A stretch of DNA of 63,611 nucleotides, filler included, from Lenisia limosa (Eukaryota; Protista; Breviatea): assembly GCA_001655205.1 (NCBI GenBank). It is 10 parts of 10 records of this genome, joined end to end, with 100 filler letters (N's around TTAATTAATTAA, not from the genome) between each part and the next. Parts side by side here need not be neighbours in the genome. Positions count along the whole stretch, not along the records: positions 21,513 to 33,005 come from LPNZ01004611.1; positions 33,106 to 37,903 come from LPNZ01008868.1; positions 38,004 to 46,928 come from LPNZ01007403.1; 7 more parts are not named here. One strand, given 5' to 3'. Under the pieces are notes generated by a model. That model saw only the letters and a list, made by a program, of their open reading frames with translations, had not been told where the DNA came from and searched no databases. Each line of letters opens with the position of its first letter. The first letter of the stretch is position 1. The translations under genes were made by a program, and so were the position numbers. Below are positions 27,076-40,407 of this stretch, in pieces.

Positions 27076-27545
27076 AGCAAAAATATATTCAAAGAATCCA
27101 GTTATTAGCGAAGACAATAATTCAGAAACAACGAACCATAACTTGAGACCAACATCTGTAAGATATACATGCATATGCCTCCTGGTCAACCCTTATTGAG
27201 TTTGAGAGGAGTTTGTGTTTATTGGTTGGTTAATTGTTTTTTTTTTACAAAACAGTGAAGTAGGATTAGATATTTATACAGGAAAGTAGTAGTGACGTAC
27301 GGTGCACTTTTGTGATGCCAGTGGACGCGCAATATACTTATAAACTCTGGGAGCAAATCTCTGAGTCAGCCATCACAATAAATACCACACTCCCTTTCAT
27401 GAAGAAATTGAGAAATTGAAAATGGATACCAAGATTGGTGCAGAAAGACTCATGATATGTCATAAAATAGTAGTGTACATTAAATAATCAATTAAGAAAG
27501 CAAGGAATAAACCATCACTTAGAATACCATCACCACTGTGAAACC

Positions 27546-30500
27546 CTACAAAGGGTCCGTGATACCGCCAGACGTAATTTCGAAACCAATTTCGTCATCT
27601 GGACATTGTTTCCCCAAAGGTAATTGCCTAATCTAAAAACGTCATCTTCATAAAAGACAACTCACCCTAATATGCCTTGAGTTGTTGGCTTTTGATTTTC
27701 GCAGTTGTATCCTAAAAAAAGTCAACAACCCATCAGCCAGTTATTCAGGAGAAAACAGTCGTGTTTTTATGTGAGCACACTAACATCTCCTGAGCCCTAA
27801 GTTACTTCAGGGTGTGAAACACTAAGTTACTTCAGGGTGTGAAAAGGCCAATTTTCCATGTTGGGGTAACCAGGTACACATAGTTGAGGTAACCAAGTGC
27901 TCATCCCTATCTACTTGACATATCATAGTAAATAATATATATATATATTATATCATACTCACATATATACACTGCATCTTGTATGCTGTGTATGGGGGGT
28001 GGGGCAAAAGAGAAGATGAAGACATTGATGAAGACTCACCTTGCTGTACATGACTTTTTCATTACTCCCTCGAACATGGGGCGAACCTCATCGCCTAATC
28101 TCTGGTTTAGATCTATGATCAATTAGGGTCCGTTAAAAGAGTATATGAGATTCAATAAATGGTGGTGGGTGTAGAAATGAAAATGTACTGTCACGTTTTG
28201 TCAAGTATAATTTCCTATGTATGTTCAAACAGAGAATGTCAGTGATAGTGAGGTGATTCCAAAAAAAAAAGTTGAAAATGAAGCAAATGATTATGATCCA
28301 AAAATCAATTCAATTTTGCTCATTGACCAAGACGCTGTTCCCTTTTACGGACCAGCTCTTGGTCAATACATCTTTATTCCTCATTCCCACCAGGGGTCCA
28401 TGAAACGTCCTCTTGAGGCTTCGACTGATTGGCTTCATCATTCTCATTGGGCTAAATTGTAAAGAAGGGTCATCTTAAACATAGATATTATCTATGATTA
28501 CCTGCATATACTCACTCGAGAGTAAACATGATACATATTACGATAAATGATACACCTATTATATTTTATCATATGTATTAGTACATACCTATGATATATC
28601 CTATGATGATATTGAAAAATCCATTTCCAAATTGTTTTTAAAAAAATACTTAATGCTGATGATGCTATTTGCCCATCAAACCTGAGTTATGCTGTATTTT
28701 GGCTTTGGTGAGCCGCCAAATCGAGCTGTTACCATGTTGCACACAACAACCGCTATGTCAAACTGAATCGTAAAATAACGACGTCATACGCTTTAGTATT
28801 CTAGTATCTGAAAACACAAAATCAAAATTGATGTCTTGATCGGGATTTCATTTTTTTTTTTGAAAAGCAAAATACTCGTTCATTGGGCCCAGAAAATATT
28901 AAATTAAAAGAAATTCCTCGTTGTACACTTACCCTGCAAACCTTAGTTGCGAGTCCTTGGAGGGTTTCCAGATATTTGAAGACTTTCTTGGATCGCTCAG
29001 ACCCAGTCTCATCAGAGCGCTCTTCTCCCCTGATCAGCCCTCCAACGCTGTCCAGAATCAAGAGCGAGTGTCTGGGGGGTGGGTTAATGGTCATTTCTGA
29101 AATACCCAAGGCTATAATAAAAAAACAAACGAGAGAGCAACATTTGATGATATATATAGAGATGAACAATAAAACTCGGTTGTGTCTGACTGAAGACGTT
29201 CAACCATCACGCACGCTGATATGAGATATTGGATAAGAGTAAAAAATCACCCAATCATTTGCCTTACAGCTCTGTGCACACAGAGTTCTGCGCGCCTCCC
29301 CAGCTCCCCAGCATATATTTCTTTCAAATTAGATTGACGTCTATGTATTGCCGCCTTTATAAACGTAATACACCGTTATTTCTCAATGCTACCCCCCCCC
29401 CCCNNNNNNNNNNNNNNNNNNNNNNNNNNNNNNNNNNNNNNNNNNNNNNNNNNNNNNNNNNNNNNNNNTAATAGCTGTTCGAAATGGGTCGACGAGAACG
29501 CCCGCGCGCACATAACATTAGAGAGCATCACCCGCTCAACAAGGTTGTGTCTAAGGGGTTGATTCGAATGTATCTTGAATTTTCATTGATGCCTCAAATC
29601 CTTCTGAACATTGGCCCTTTCAAAAAAGGAAACAGCTCCATAGAAAGACATAACACGTAAAAAAGACTACGTGAGTCCCATACCTCTTGCCAAGCTCAAC
29701 AATTCGTTTGGTGCTGAATATTGGCGATGAATGAATGACCACCACTGCCCCTTCCGAACCGCCAAGTAATTCTGGCATCTACTTCGGTCAAAATTGAAAC
29801 TACAGATTGTGTGGCAACTCCCATTGGGAAAGAAAAGCACAGTAAAGATCTATTGAAGATATGAATGCATATGATAGAATTTCGAGTTGGTCTTACAAAT
29901 TTTACTGAGTGGAGTAGATATGAGACCTGATATTACAGTCTAAAAAACAATTGTAAAATATTTAAAAGTAACAATATATCATATGTTGAGAAATGAAAAC
30001 AGTCATTTGATAGGAGGCCACACCCACCTGTCCGTGTACGCATGCCTGATAACACAGCTGGCTTTTTCCTGTCCCTGCTTCTCCATAGATCTCAGTCACA
30101 CAGCCTTTAGGGAAACCTCCTACAACAGTAAAGCACCTCAATAATGTTGAAATTCCTAAGCAAACATCAAACATACATACCATTGTCCCATAATTTATAC
30201 TCGGATCCTGAGGATTTATTTTCATTTAAAATAAGCAGCTGAACACCACAAGAACGCTAGAATTCAAAAAAAGAAACACCAGGAAATACAACCTTATAAA
30301 ACAGGAAAGACGCAATTCCAACCCCTCCCCCTCCTACCGTCAAGAGCCTCATCGAGACCAACAATTCCGGAGGTGACATGGCCTGTTGGCTGGATTGTAG
30401 ATGCCACAGAGGGCTTTGGTGCTCTGAAGGGTTGAGTTTTGCTCTTTCGCCTTTCATATCTTTTGGGTCTTTTCACATATGACATATAGTCTGTAAATTT

Positions 30501-31070
30501 AATCATATCACCTCGTATGATAATGGGATTTCCAACAAATTGAACACAAATAATCGGTGACACACGTATTCTGCTTGAATTTGCCACCTTCATTCTGGTT
30601 AACTCGCTTATACTCCGGTTTCTTCACTACAATGGCTTCGTCGTCTGAGCCTGAAATCAATAATAAAAAGACACGGGGTTATGTATGCACAAACAGAGAA
30701 ACACCTTCATCATTCATTCTATGACTTCCCCCATATGTAACTATTCAATGAATCTGAAGCCACCACTAACCTTATTGTCCACCCTCATCATCCATCCACA
30801 CCAACTTTCTTGATCATTTTCAATCAATCTGTCAAACTCGTCATCATCATTCGGACGCTTCAGCTCAAGCCGAGAGGAGGGCTGAAACCTTGATGGGTGA
30901 TAAAACGCGAAAAAGGCCAAAATTAGACATACCAATTTTTGTCATTTGTTACGATTAGCAAATAGTATATCAAGATGATGATAGATCGTGAAAATGACAA
31001 TATCCCAATCACCCACCCACCCTGAAAATGCCTTCTTAGAATCAGGAGCATTCTCTTTTGGATCTGTCAT
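27546..31070 (-). CDS. RAD51 paralog (RAD51B/XRCC3-like), multi-exon
   Basis: GHVTSGIVGLDEALDG|GFPKGCVTEIYGEAGTGKSQLCYQACV (Walker A); MPELLGGSEGAVVVIHSSPIFSTKRIVEL; SLLILDSVGGLIR (Walker B); FDIAVVVCNMVTA; GFEITSGGITDPL*. Putative start MTDPKENAP at 31070. Exact paralog not assignable by eye. Confidence 0.85.
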
Positions 31071-31455
31071 TTCTCCAGGAAGCTATTTTGTAATTTCGTT
31101 GACGCTCAGCACTTCGTCCATAAGATGATATGTTTCTGTCAGGAGCAAAGATAGAAGTTTGTCGATGTTTGCCTTACTCTTCTCAATTTGTGATTTTATA
31201 CTTGTTTTCCAGTTTGTTGTGTGCCTGTTGTTGAATAGAGGAATAGAGGAGGAACAGAAGAGAAGGGAACTGGAAGGGAAGGTTGCCAAGGAGAAAAAGA
31301 AAAGTCGATCTCCCCGATCTTCCTTCAAAAGCGATTTTTGTTTTTGGCTAAATCCTCTTTGTTTACATTCTTTTAGCTAGAGAGTGTTCGAAGTAGCTGA
31401 ATTATTGAGGGCATAAAAGTGTAGCTTGAGTAGTTTTTAGAAAGTTGTGTCCAAG

Positions 31456-33649
31456 ATGCCTCCCTTCACCGTTATCCTCCCTCGGGCGGTCATTCAAATC
31501 TTACAGAAGAACCAGGTCTTTGAAGAGTGCCATTTCGAATGTAAGTTGTCCCCCGCTTTCACCACGCTTATAATGTCTAATTTTCTGGGGAAACATTGTA
31601 GTGGCTGTCTTGCATAAAAGCACACACAACTTGTAGCTGCCAGTCTTTTGTACATCTTTCTTGTATCCTTTAGTGTTTCTCGCGGTGATCTNNNNNNNNN
31701 NNNNNNNNNNNNNNNNNNNNNNNNNNNNNNNNNNNNNNNNNNNNNNNNNNNNNNNNNNNNNNNNNNCAGTATGGAGCTGCGAGTTGACGTTCACCATTGC
31801 AAAGGAAATGTTCAGATTCACATCGGAAGAGTCAACCATGAAGAAGAAGGTGAGAGGCGATGTGGTTATGTGATGTTGTCATTGAAGGAATTTGTTGACT
31901 CCAAGTTTCTCAATCAGAGTTAGCCACACTTGCCTAATTGCTTGTTTTGCCTTTCAACAATTTGGCGTCCTGGATGGATCCTGGGCTTTTCTATTTCATA
32001 CGTTCCATTCGCGCTGTGGAAACGACTGGCCTAGGCTTTGTTTGTTTTGTTGTTATCCCCTCGTGTGTTGGCAGCCAACAGAGTTGATTTTGGGCTTTTT
32101 TTTTGTTTCATAAATTTTCCAATCCCCCCCCCCCNNNNNNNNNNNNNNNNNNNNNNNNNNNNNNNNNNNNNNNNNNNNNNNNNNNNNNNNNNNNNNNNNN
32201 NNNNNNNNNNNNNNNNNNNNNNNNNNNNNNNNGCGATTCCCTGAGCTCATTGTTCTTCTGCCCTTCTATCATCGGTATGATCTTCATCCCGCTAAATCCT
32301 TTATCGTTAGTGGACATCTCTCACCAACCACAGGCCCACTTGCATCCTCCCTCCCAGGCCAACCCAAGAAAAAGATGGTGAAGGTTAGTGGGGGGATGAA
32401 AACAATCTCTCACCTTCATTATTTCTGAGTTTAACTCCTTTCATCACCTTCATTATTTCTGAGTTCAACTCCTTTCATCACCTTCATTATTTCTGAGTTC
32501 AACTCCTATCACCTGCATTATTTCTGAGTTCAACTCCTATCACCTTCATTTTGTAGAAACTGAGGCTGAAGTGAAGAGCAACAAACGCAGGGCCCCAGAA
32601 GGAGAAGCCCCTGTAGAAGTTCCTCTCAGAAAGTACTCCAAAGTGGGGGGTATGGATTGCGTGCCAATTTTAGGAATCTATAATAGGGATGGGGGCTTTC
32701 TTTCAACTTTTGCAAAGCCGTTGAACCCCTATTCCCTCATTTTTTATTGTCTTTTTGGTGGGGGGTGATTTATACTCGAGTCTTTCCCACTCTCTTTCGT
32801 TATCTTCTGTCTGCAGTATTTGACGATATAGACCCCCCAGAAGTGCCGCCTCAAGAATGGCCTTCATTACCACTTCATTGTAGACGGCATGACCTCCCCA
32901 GGAGTCGTGGGATACTTCCTGAATTTGCAGTGGGGGTGGTCAAGCAATTTGCAGTGGGGGTCAGCAATTTGCAGTGGGGGTGGTCAAGCAATTTGCAGTG
33001 GGGGTNNNNNNNNNNNNNNNNNNNNNNNNNNNNNNNNNNNNNNNNNNNNTTAATTAATTAANNNNNNNNNNNNNNNNNNNNNNNNNNNNNNNNNNNNNNN
33101 NNNNNCCTGGTCCGATTTGAGGAAGCAGATTCCGACGTCGGCAGTGCCGAAACAGAGACAGTGACCCGGTCCCAGGCGTTTAGCTTGTATGGGGATCTCA
33201 TAGCGTGCCCCTCCCTCCTTACCCCCAGTGATGAGAAGCAACTGAGCTGGCTTCTTTTTTTATGGTTTTCAAGCCCTTATGTGTTTTCAAATGTTTAGCT
33301 AACAAGTTGTTTTGTGGAGGGGGCAGTGTCTCACAAATTATTCCGTTTCATAATTCTCCAATTTCACCCCCCCCCCCAGATGGGATGGTGCCAGTGNNNN
33401 NNNNNNNNNNNNNNNNNNNNNNNNNNNNNNNNNNNNNNNNNNNNNNNNNNNNNNNNNNNNNNNNNNNNNNNNNNNNNNNNNNNNNNNNNNNNNCGGCCAT
33501 CCGGGCGACGTCGAATCCGAGGGCATTGATGAGGGTATGCGGTTGTGCCTTCTTTTTGACTGTTTTAAATAAGAAAATTGATTTTTCCTTTGACCGCAGT
33601 AGATGTGGCCAGCTCTTCAGTATTAGACAGCCACAGTGCTGTTGAGTGA
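31456..33649 (+). CDS. Multi-exon protein of unknown function, weak chromo-shadow-like segment
   Basis: Exons MPPFTVILPRAVIQILQKNQVFEECHF; RFPELIVLLPFYHRYDLHP; ETEAEVKSNKRRAPEG; TPQKCRLKNGLHYHFIVDGMTSPGVVGYFLNL; LVRFEEADSDVGSAETETVTRSQAFSLYGDLI; ..SHSAVE*. Interrupted by four gaps. Confidence 0.5.
32410..32550 (+). repeat. ~33-bp tandem repeat x4 (tcaccttcattatttctgagttcaactcct..) ending at a 3' splice site
   Basis: Direct inspection; the last unit runs into ttgtag|AAACTGAG. Confidence 0.9.
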
Positions 33650-33906
33650 GAGGTATATGGTTTTTCAATATTATTCCGTTTTTCTTCTGTTTTTGAGAGC
33701 ACACCCTAAACACAAAGGTTTTTTGCTCCGTTTTGTTTTGTTCTGTACAACAGCAGCTGTTTTTATGAATGTATCGTTAACTGTGATTATCAAAGTCAAC
33801 ACTTGAGTCAAAGTGAGTGTCATATGGTTTGTCACTTCGGTCACAACTCTTCCTTTCCTGGAATGACTATCTCTACTGATGAAGCATGTTCTGTGTGAAT
33901 CATAAT

Positions 33907-36900
33907 ATGGCGGCGAAGCCGAGACGAAGCGAATGTCTCCATGATGAGAGTGAAGGTGGAGGACACGGACAAGCTACCAAAAACAGTCATCACGATGGGA
34001 TGGCAGAATATCCGATTAGTTCTGATTACTTTTGATGTGTTTGCAATTTTGAAAAAAAAACAATGCCCCTTAAGCACCCAAACACCATGGAACATCGTAC
34101 CATTGGTATAAACGAAATTGACGAAGATGTACATGGAATAGAAGCTCTTGATGATAAGGCCAAAAAGAAGGCTGTGAGCTCTTCTACCCTTGTTGATGAT
34201 GATTTTGATAATAAAATTACTAACCCGTCCAGCTTTTCAAGCTTTCGAAGGCTGAGGAAGCAGTGCGCAAGATCGGTATGGGATCATATCGTCTTGATCA
34301 TATCGCATCACTGTCTTGATAATGGACCGTGTTAACAACATAGGAATTGCCCATGCAGCCACACAGGAAGAGGGGCCCTCCAGAAAGGATCTTCTCAATG
34401 AGGCGGTTCTCGAGGATTCCAAGACCATGGAGTGGGTTCTTTATCAAAAAGGAAATCATGCTTTAGCTTTATCAAGAAGGAGATTGAGCATCTCCGCAAA
34501 GTCATCCCTGCGGACATTGTCGAGGCGCTGCACCCTTTAATGTGTCAGTTCTTGATCCAGTAAGTGGGTAACAGGTTGTAATTTTATTTCTCATAGGTCA
34601 CATCATTCTTTTTCTCCAGCATTCTAATAATTGAATTGTTACTCGTGTGGCATCTCATTGAGTCAGGAAAACCAAGCACAAGAGGGCCTTCCTTGAAGTC
34701 GCCTTCCCTGCCGGCTATCCCTCTAATAACCTTGTTGTCACGGTATGCTCATAATAACCGGAGAAGCTTGCTTGCAATAATTCCCTTCAGTGTGTATGAA
34801 TAATTATCATGGAATCCCTTTCATTGTTTTTTTTTTGTTTTTTGCAGTAAAGTCTCCCTGAAACTCGAATCCGTAATAAACGACAGCTCTAACTTTCAGA
34901 TTAAATCGAAGACTATCTCGGAGACGGTGTGTCTCAAAATTAAAGCAGCATGTGAGAAGGCGGTCAATGAGCTGAAAGGCAAGATGCAAGTTGAGGCAGC
35001 CGTTAAGGTCGCCAAGGACCTCATATTCAATAACAAGGTTTGTGGGTAACGCAAAACTCTCCATCAGAATCATTTTCTTTTTCTAGTTTGCCTTATTTTG
35101 ATTATTTATATCATTTCATATCACTTTTAGTTGATCATGTGCATTGATGAGTTGATGTCAATCAAAAAGCATTTTGTCAAGAAAGGAGTAAGCAATGGTT
35201 TCAGCATTTGTACTATATGACTCTTTTTTGTTTGTAACGTGGGCTGTTTGGTTTGAAAAGTCTGCCTGTCAAAACTTCTCTATCATCCATCATCAGTATA
35301 TTCCCATCTATGAGTGCGAGCATCCAATAACCCACATTTTCAGGATATCCTCAAGATGAACGATAAGACAGGTGTAGTCAAGATGACGTGTAAAGAAAGG
35401 GGATACTTCTACACGTTGCAGCTCAATATCCCTGATGAGTACCCCGCTGAGGTTTGTTCCAGTAGTTCTCGATAATGGGTTGGTTGGTGTGAAATAGAAC
35501 CGAATCTGAGCGCAGTGAAAAGATGGTGCTTTTTGTTTAGATGTCCTTGATTTGAATTCTGATGATATTGCCTTACCTTTTAGAAGCCGGACCTCTTGAT
35601 GCAAGAACATAACTTCACTCCTACTGCTGAACGTAAATGGGGGTTGAAAAGTCACACTATCTTAGCTGCATTCATTGACCGGATGTGTAACATTTCATTG
35701 TTTTCTTCGGATCTTTCCTTTTCTCTTGATGGCTTAATTAGAACATTATTTCATTTCGACGTCAAAAATACCACTTAGACATTGCCATATCTAACTAATC
35801 AGGGATATTCTGTGCACAGACTGAGGAAGCGCTTGTTGTGGCTCACAGGAACATCAAGGCTAAAAAGAGGAAATCCGACGTGGGTCTTTATCACATACCA
35901 ATCTCATTTATCCTGCCACATGCAGTGCTTTTGTTTCATCAAGACCGGTTTTCACTCTCAACTGTTTTATCATAGAGTGTAATTGGGGGGATTGTAACTG
36001 ACGTACTTTAGCCTGACCCAGAGCCAGCGCCCTGCATCAAAGAGACATTGGCGTTCTTCAGTGCCGATCTGGGTGGGGGGGGAGGGCATGAGCGCTTGGA
36101 AATAGGGTATTACTGCGTGGTTTCTCAAGGAGGGCTGTTCATTCGCAGTATTAGATTTTATGGGTTTTAAAACAACTTATGGTAAGGAACTGATTATGGT
36201 AGTGCACCGATGGCCTCGAGAAAAGTGCCCGTATTGCAAGAAAGACAGCATCGCGTCAAATCCTGACGAGGGTACGGGGAAGCCTTATATTGATATCAAA
36301 ATGGTGTATTTCAGAGCACAACGGTAAAAGTAGACGTATTGACAGTTTAGCGCGGAAGGTACCTCGGGAAATGAGAGCCGAGCGCATCCTCTGTGGCCAC
36401 TTGTTCCATGGCAAATGCCTAGACTCCTACATGTCTCAACCACCCTTCCCACCAGGCGGCAAGACATGCTCAATATGCAACGAAGTGAGCATCGAATCCT
36501 TCGCATATTCACTGCCGAGCTTCAGCCAATACGATGCAAACAATTCATAACGTCGATTCTAACTATAAGGACTTAGTGGACGGCTTCGGCCAGATAGAAC
36601 CTTGTTTTTTTGCATCTCTATTGAATAAGGGCCTGATTTTGAAAAACGGCATTCATCCCCTAGGTGGTGTATCACAAGAAGTACAATCTGGACGCCTCGG
36701 CGTTGGAGAGACGATGGGCGTTCAAGGAGGCCAGAATCAGGGAGGTGTTGGACGGTGGGGGGAGGGGAAATAGGAGGCCAGAACGTCATCGCTACCTTTC
36801 TCTTTTCAGTTAAATGGTTTTCAAATGAGTCACCCCCTCCTCCCCGTTTGTTTTTTTAGTGTGTTGTCAGCCAACAGAGTTAATTTGGGCTTTTCTGTTT

Positions 36901-37108
36901 CATAAATTTTCCAATTTTACTCCCCCCACTCCCTCTTTTGTTTATGGAGTTTCAGATTATTCGGTTCGTGATTTGTACCTTTACGCCACCATCGAAATTT
37001 CCTTCATTTTACTCCCCAGTGTCGGAGTTTCTCAACGTTGCTGACGAGCATCGCATAGCAGACGTTGACGTTGACGGCGTATCAAAGACAGTTTCCCTCA
37101 AGCAATAG
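33907..37108 (+). CDS. RWD-domain (two RWD-like) plus RING-finger putative E3 ligase
   Basis: RAFLEVAFPAGYPS and FYTLQLNIPDEYPAE (RWD FPxxYP-type motifs). C-terminal CPYC..ERILCGHLFHGKCLDSYMSQPPFPPGGKTCSIC (RING-H2-like), then YHKKYNLDASALERRWAFKEARIRE and ..SLKQ*. GT-AG junctions. Confidence 0.75.
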
Positions 37109-37224
37109 GTTATGGTATCATGGTGCATAAGGCTGAAGTTTCCCCATGGTGGTAATACATTGTACATATAGTGCGAGGCATAGAAAGAACATAACAAGAA
37201 AAGGAGCTAACGGGGTACCATACG

Positions 37225-40206
37225 CTATGAGAGAAGTCTCTTTTCCTAAACTGTTAAGCCGCAACGTGTGCGTGTAGCACAAAAGTCTTTCCATGTCTCC
37301 AAAAAGATAGCAAGAGTAGCCTAATCCACACCTCTTCTCTCCTCTGTTTGCCCTGTCTGTAAGCCTTGACAATCTTCTCCAATGCATGAACCTTTCGCGA
37401 TTCAATAACCTAAAAAAAAATCACTTCCTCACAATACCTCCACCAATATGAACATTAGTCGCTCCCCAAGAACACGCCCCCCCTCTCTTCGCTCCTACCT
37501 CGGTTCCTGTTGACAGCACTTGGAGCGATGCAAAGAGACGAGCCTATACGGTCAAGACATTCCAACACTATTGTCTCGTAAAGTACATAAGCCAACCTGC
37601 TTGACTCTGAGAAGCTCATCAAACTCCTCTGGGAGGGCGCCCGTGATGTTTAGGGCTTTTCGCATCACGGCCGTCAGGAGCGGCAGGAAGTGCACAACCA
37701 TCTCCCTCCTCCCTAAATAGTCAACACTCTGCGTGAACGTGGCTCCAAAGAAAGGTCAGGCACAGATTACCCGACAACATCTCAAGAGTGACGCATCAGT
37801 GCAGGAAATAACACCGAGAGCTCAACAGCATGATAGATAGTTCTCATGGTGAACTACCCAACGAACCTGAGAATGTTCCGACGAAGACCGGCAGTTGGAG
37901 ACTNNNNNNNNNNNNNNNNNNNNNNNNNNNNNNNNNNNNNNNNNNNNTTAATTAATTAANNNNNNNNNNNNNNNNNNNNNNNNNNNNNNNNNNNNNNNNN
38001 NNNGCCCCCCCCCCACGTTCAGCTTCTGGGCGTTGAGATTTGCTCCATGAGAGATGAGAGTTTCCACCCCACTATGAACGTATTTGACCGCAACGTGCAG
38101 GGGAGTTGCTCCCTTGGGTGGGGGAGGGGAGTAAAACGAAGGAAATTTCGATGAAGAATATATTGGCGTAAAGGTACTTATCACGAATCGAATAATCTGA
38201 AACTCCAAACAAACAAAAGCCAGATGACAAAAACACAAAAACAAGCCCGAGTCAGCCTTTGAAGAGTCCCACCACCGCTCAAGGTAAATAAATTTTATGA
38301 CATGTATAATGTTACCTATTCTGTACTACCAAAAGGCATCTCTCCTATCCTGAATAAACCTCAAAATATGATGGTGGTTTCCCGAATAGGGTATTATCAC
38401 ATTTTAGTTTATTCTCCCCAGTGAACCCGAAATCTGAGACGAGCCATAGAAGCAGCATACCTTATTGTTCTGTGCGTTGACATCAGTACCGACTTTAAGC
38501 AGAATGTCGAAGGAATGTGTATTCATGGGGTGACATGCGAGATGTAAAGCAGTAGAACCCTAGCAAATCAGCATCAGGTGACAAAGTGATGCTGGATGAT
38601 CATAGAGAGTATTGTAACGATTTACAAGAGGCACTCAACAGCCAACGATAGGCAAAATCAAGAGTAGTTTCTGTATCAAATAGTAAGTATACCAGTAAGG
38701 TTTGGAACAGCCACCCACATCTTCAGCCTTGGAATTGATGTCTGAACCAGCAACAAGAAGAAGATTAATACAGGCTTCTTCTCCGCAAAAATAGGCCTTA
38801 TGCAGAGCCGTGAATCCCTGTGGAAAGATCAATACACAGAAATAAGTCAGGAATTACATATGTACAATATCATATGTATATTACCCATACACGCAAGCAC
38901 ACACACCCACCTGGGCATCCTTTACATTTGTATCGACGTTCATTTTGATGAGAAGGCCAACCACATCGGTCTGGCTGTTTTCAATAGCTGTATGAAGGAG
39001 GGGGCTGGCCTAAGGTGTAAAGAACGTACAATGTGTAATAATTGGTTTAAATGCGGTAGACATCAATATCGTTAGATTGAGGAATACAGTATACAGAAAT
39101 AAAGCAGAAGCTCACATCTTCACTGTTGAGAGGAACGTCAGGAAAAGATTTGATTAAATGTTCAAGAACCTGGGGATGCCCTCCGATAGCCGAAAAGTAC
39201 AGTGCATTGCGTCCCTAAAAAATAATTAAAATGGGGGGGGGGGGGGTCACAANNNNNNNNNNNNNNNNNNNNNNNNNNNNNNNNNNNNNNNNNNNNNNNN
39301 NNNNNNNNNNNNNNNNNACAGAGAACCCCCTACCTTTTTATCGGAAATATCTGGAAGAGCAGCCGATGCTATCAAAGTGCGGATGACGTCCATATAACCC
39401 TTGGAGCAAGCCAAGTGAAGAGGCGTGATGTTCTGGGGAGGGGGGGGGTGACTCGAGTCTCTAATCAGTTAAAGATGGAATTTCTTTCCAATGTTTGATG
39501 TTTGGCCGTTTCCAGCAAAAGCAAAAAAAAGAATGTTTCAAGAATTGCACAATGGTGTTTCATCTCTCCAAAACCAAAGATTGTTCTCTACGAGAAAAAA
39601 CCATTACCCCTCAGCCATATCCCACATTGACGTCTTTGGCGTTGACGTTGGCGCCTTTCGCGATCAGAAGACATACAATGGCAGTGTGGCCGTTTTCACT
39701 GGCAATGTGCAGTGGTGTCCAGTCTTGAACCTAATTCGGTAACGGATGTTGGTAAACTGTATTCGTTTCACTGGGCAACTGAAGGAAGAAATTAAAATAA
39801 TCCTCCTTTTAAGCCCCCCTAACACAAGGTCCTTCAATAAGAATACTTCTACGCTGCCAGGCAATCTGCAAAGGTGAGTATGTTGAGAAAACGTTGATAG
39901 AATTTGTCGCGACGAGAAATAAAACAAGGTGGCATCTGGCCAAAGCTTCCCACACCATCACGTTTATATGAGATATTGGATTATTGAAAACAACACTCTG
40001 CATACAATAGAATAGTTACGATGGAATAGTTATGAGGATCAATTCTAACACCCCCCCCCCAACATCTTGCTTCTTATACGAGACCTCAGCCCCATCGTCA
40101 AGCAAACGCTGTACAGCTTGAGCATCGCCGGAAGAACACTTCTCGTAAAGCGTCTGCCGGATGTCAGTGTACAACGCCTCACACCATAAACTTCAGTTTG
40201 AGCCAT
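37225..40206 (-). CDS. Ankyrin-repeat protein (about 7-8 repeats) with helical C-terminal tail
   Basis: Exons: DWTPLHIASENGHTAIVCLLIAKGANVNAKD; ITPLHLACSKGYMDVI; GRNALYFSAIGGHPQV; SPLLHTAIENSQTDVV; GFTALHKAYFCGEEACI; GSTALHLAC; GATPLHVAVKY. Start MAQTEVYG at 40206; ends EKRLLS*. Confidence 0.9.
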
Positions 40207-40407
40207 CCCTGAAACAGGAAAATAAGAGCAGTCAGCTCTCCCCTGCTCTCTCCCCTCTTCATACCTGACTGAGTCCCATGGTTAAAGGCGAAAAAGGCAA
40301 GTAGTTTTCAAAAAATAAGTCAGTTCCGGCCGCGTAAATTCTTTATTTGCAGTCTGTCATATCATTATTTTACCGTGGTGTTATCTTGCTGTCCACTCAC
40401 GCCCAAC

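Noticed and set aside
32410-32550. Regular short repeats here and at 43860 and 21533 considered as CRISPR-like
   Set aside because: Head-to-tail units with no unique spacers, eukaryotic intronic context, and no cas genes.
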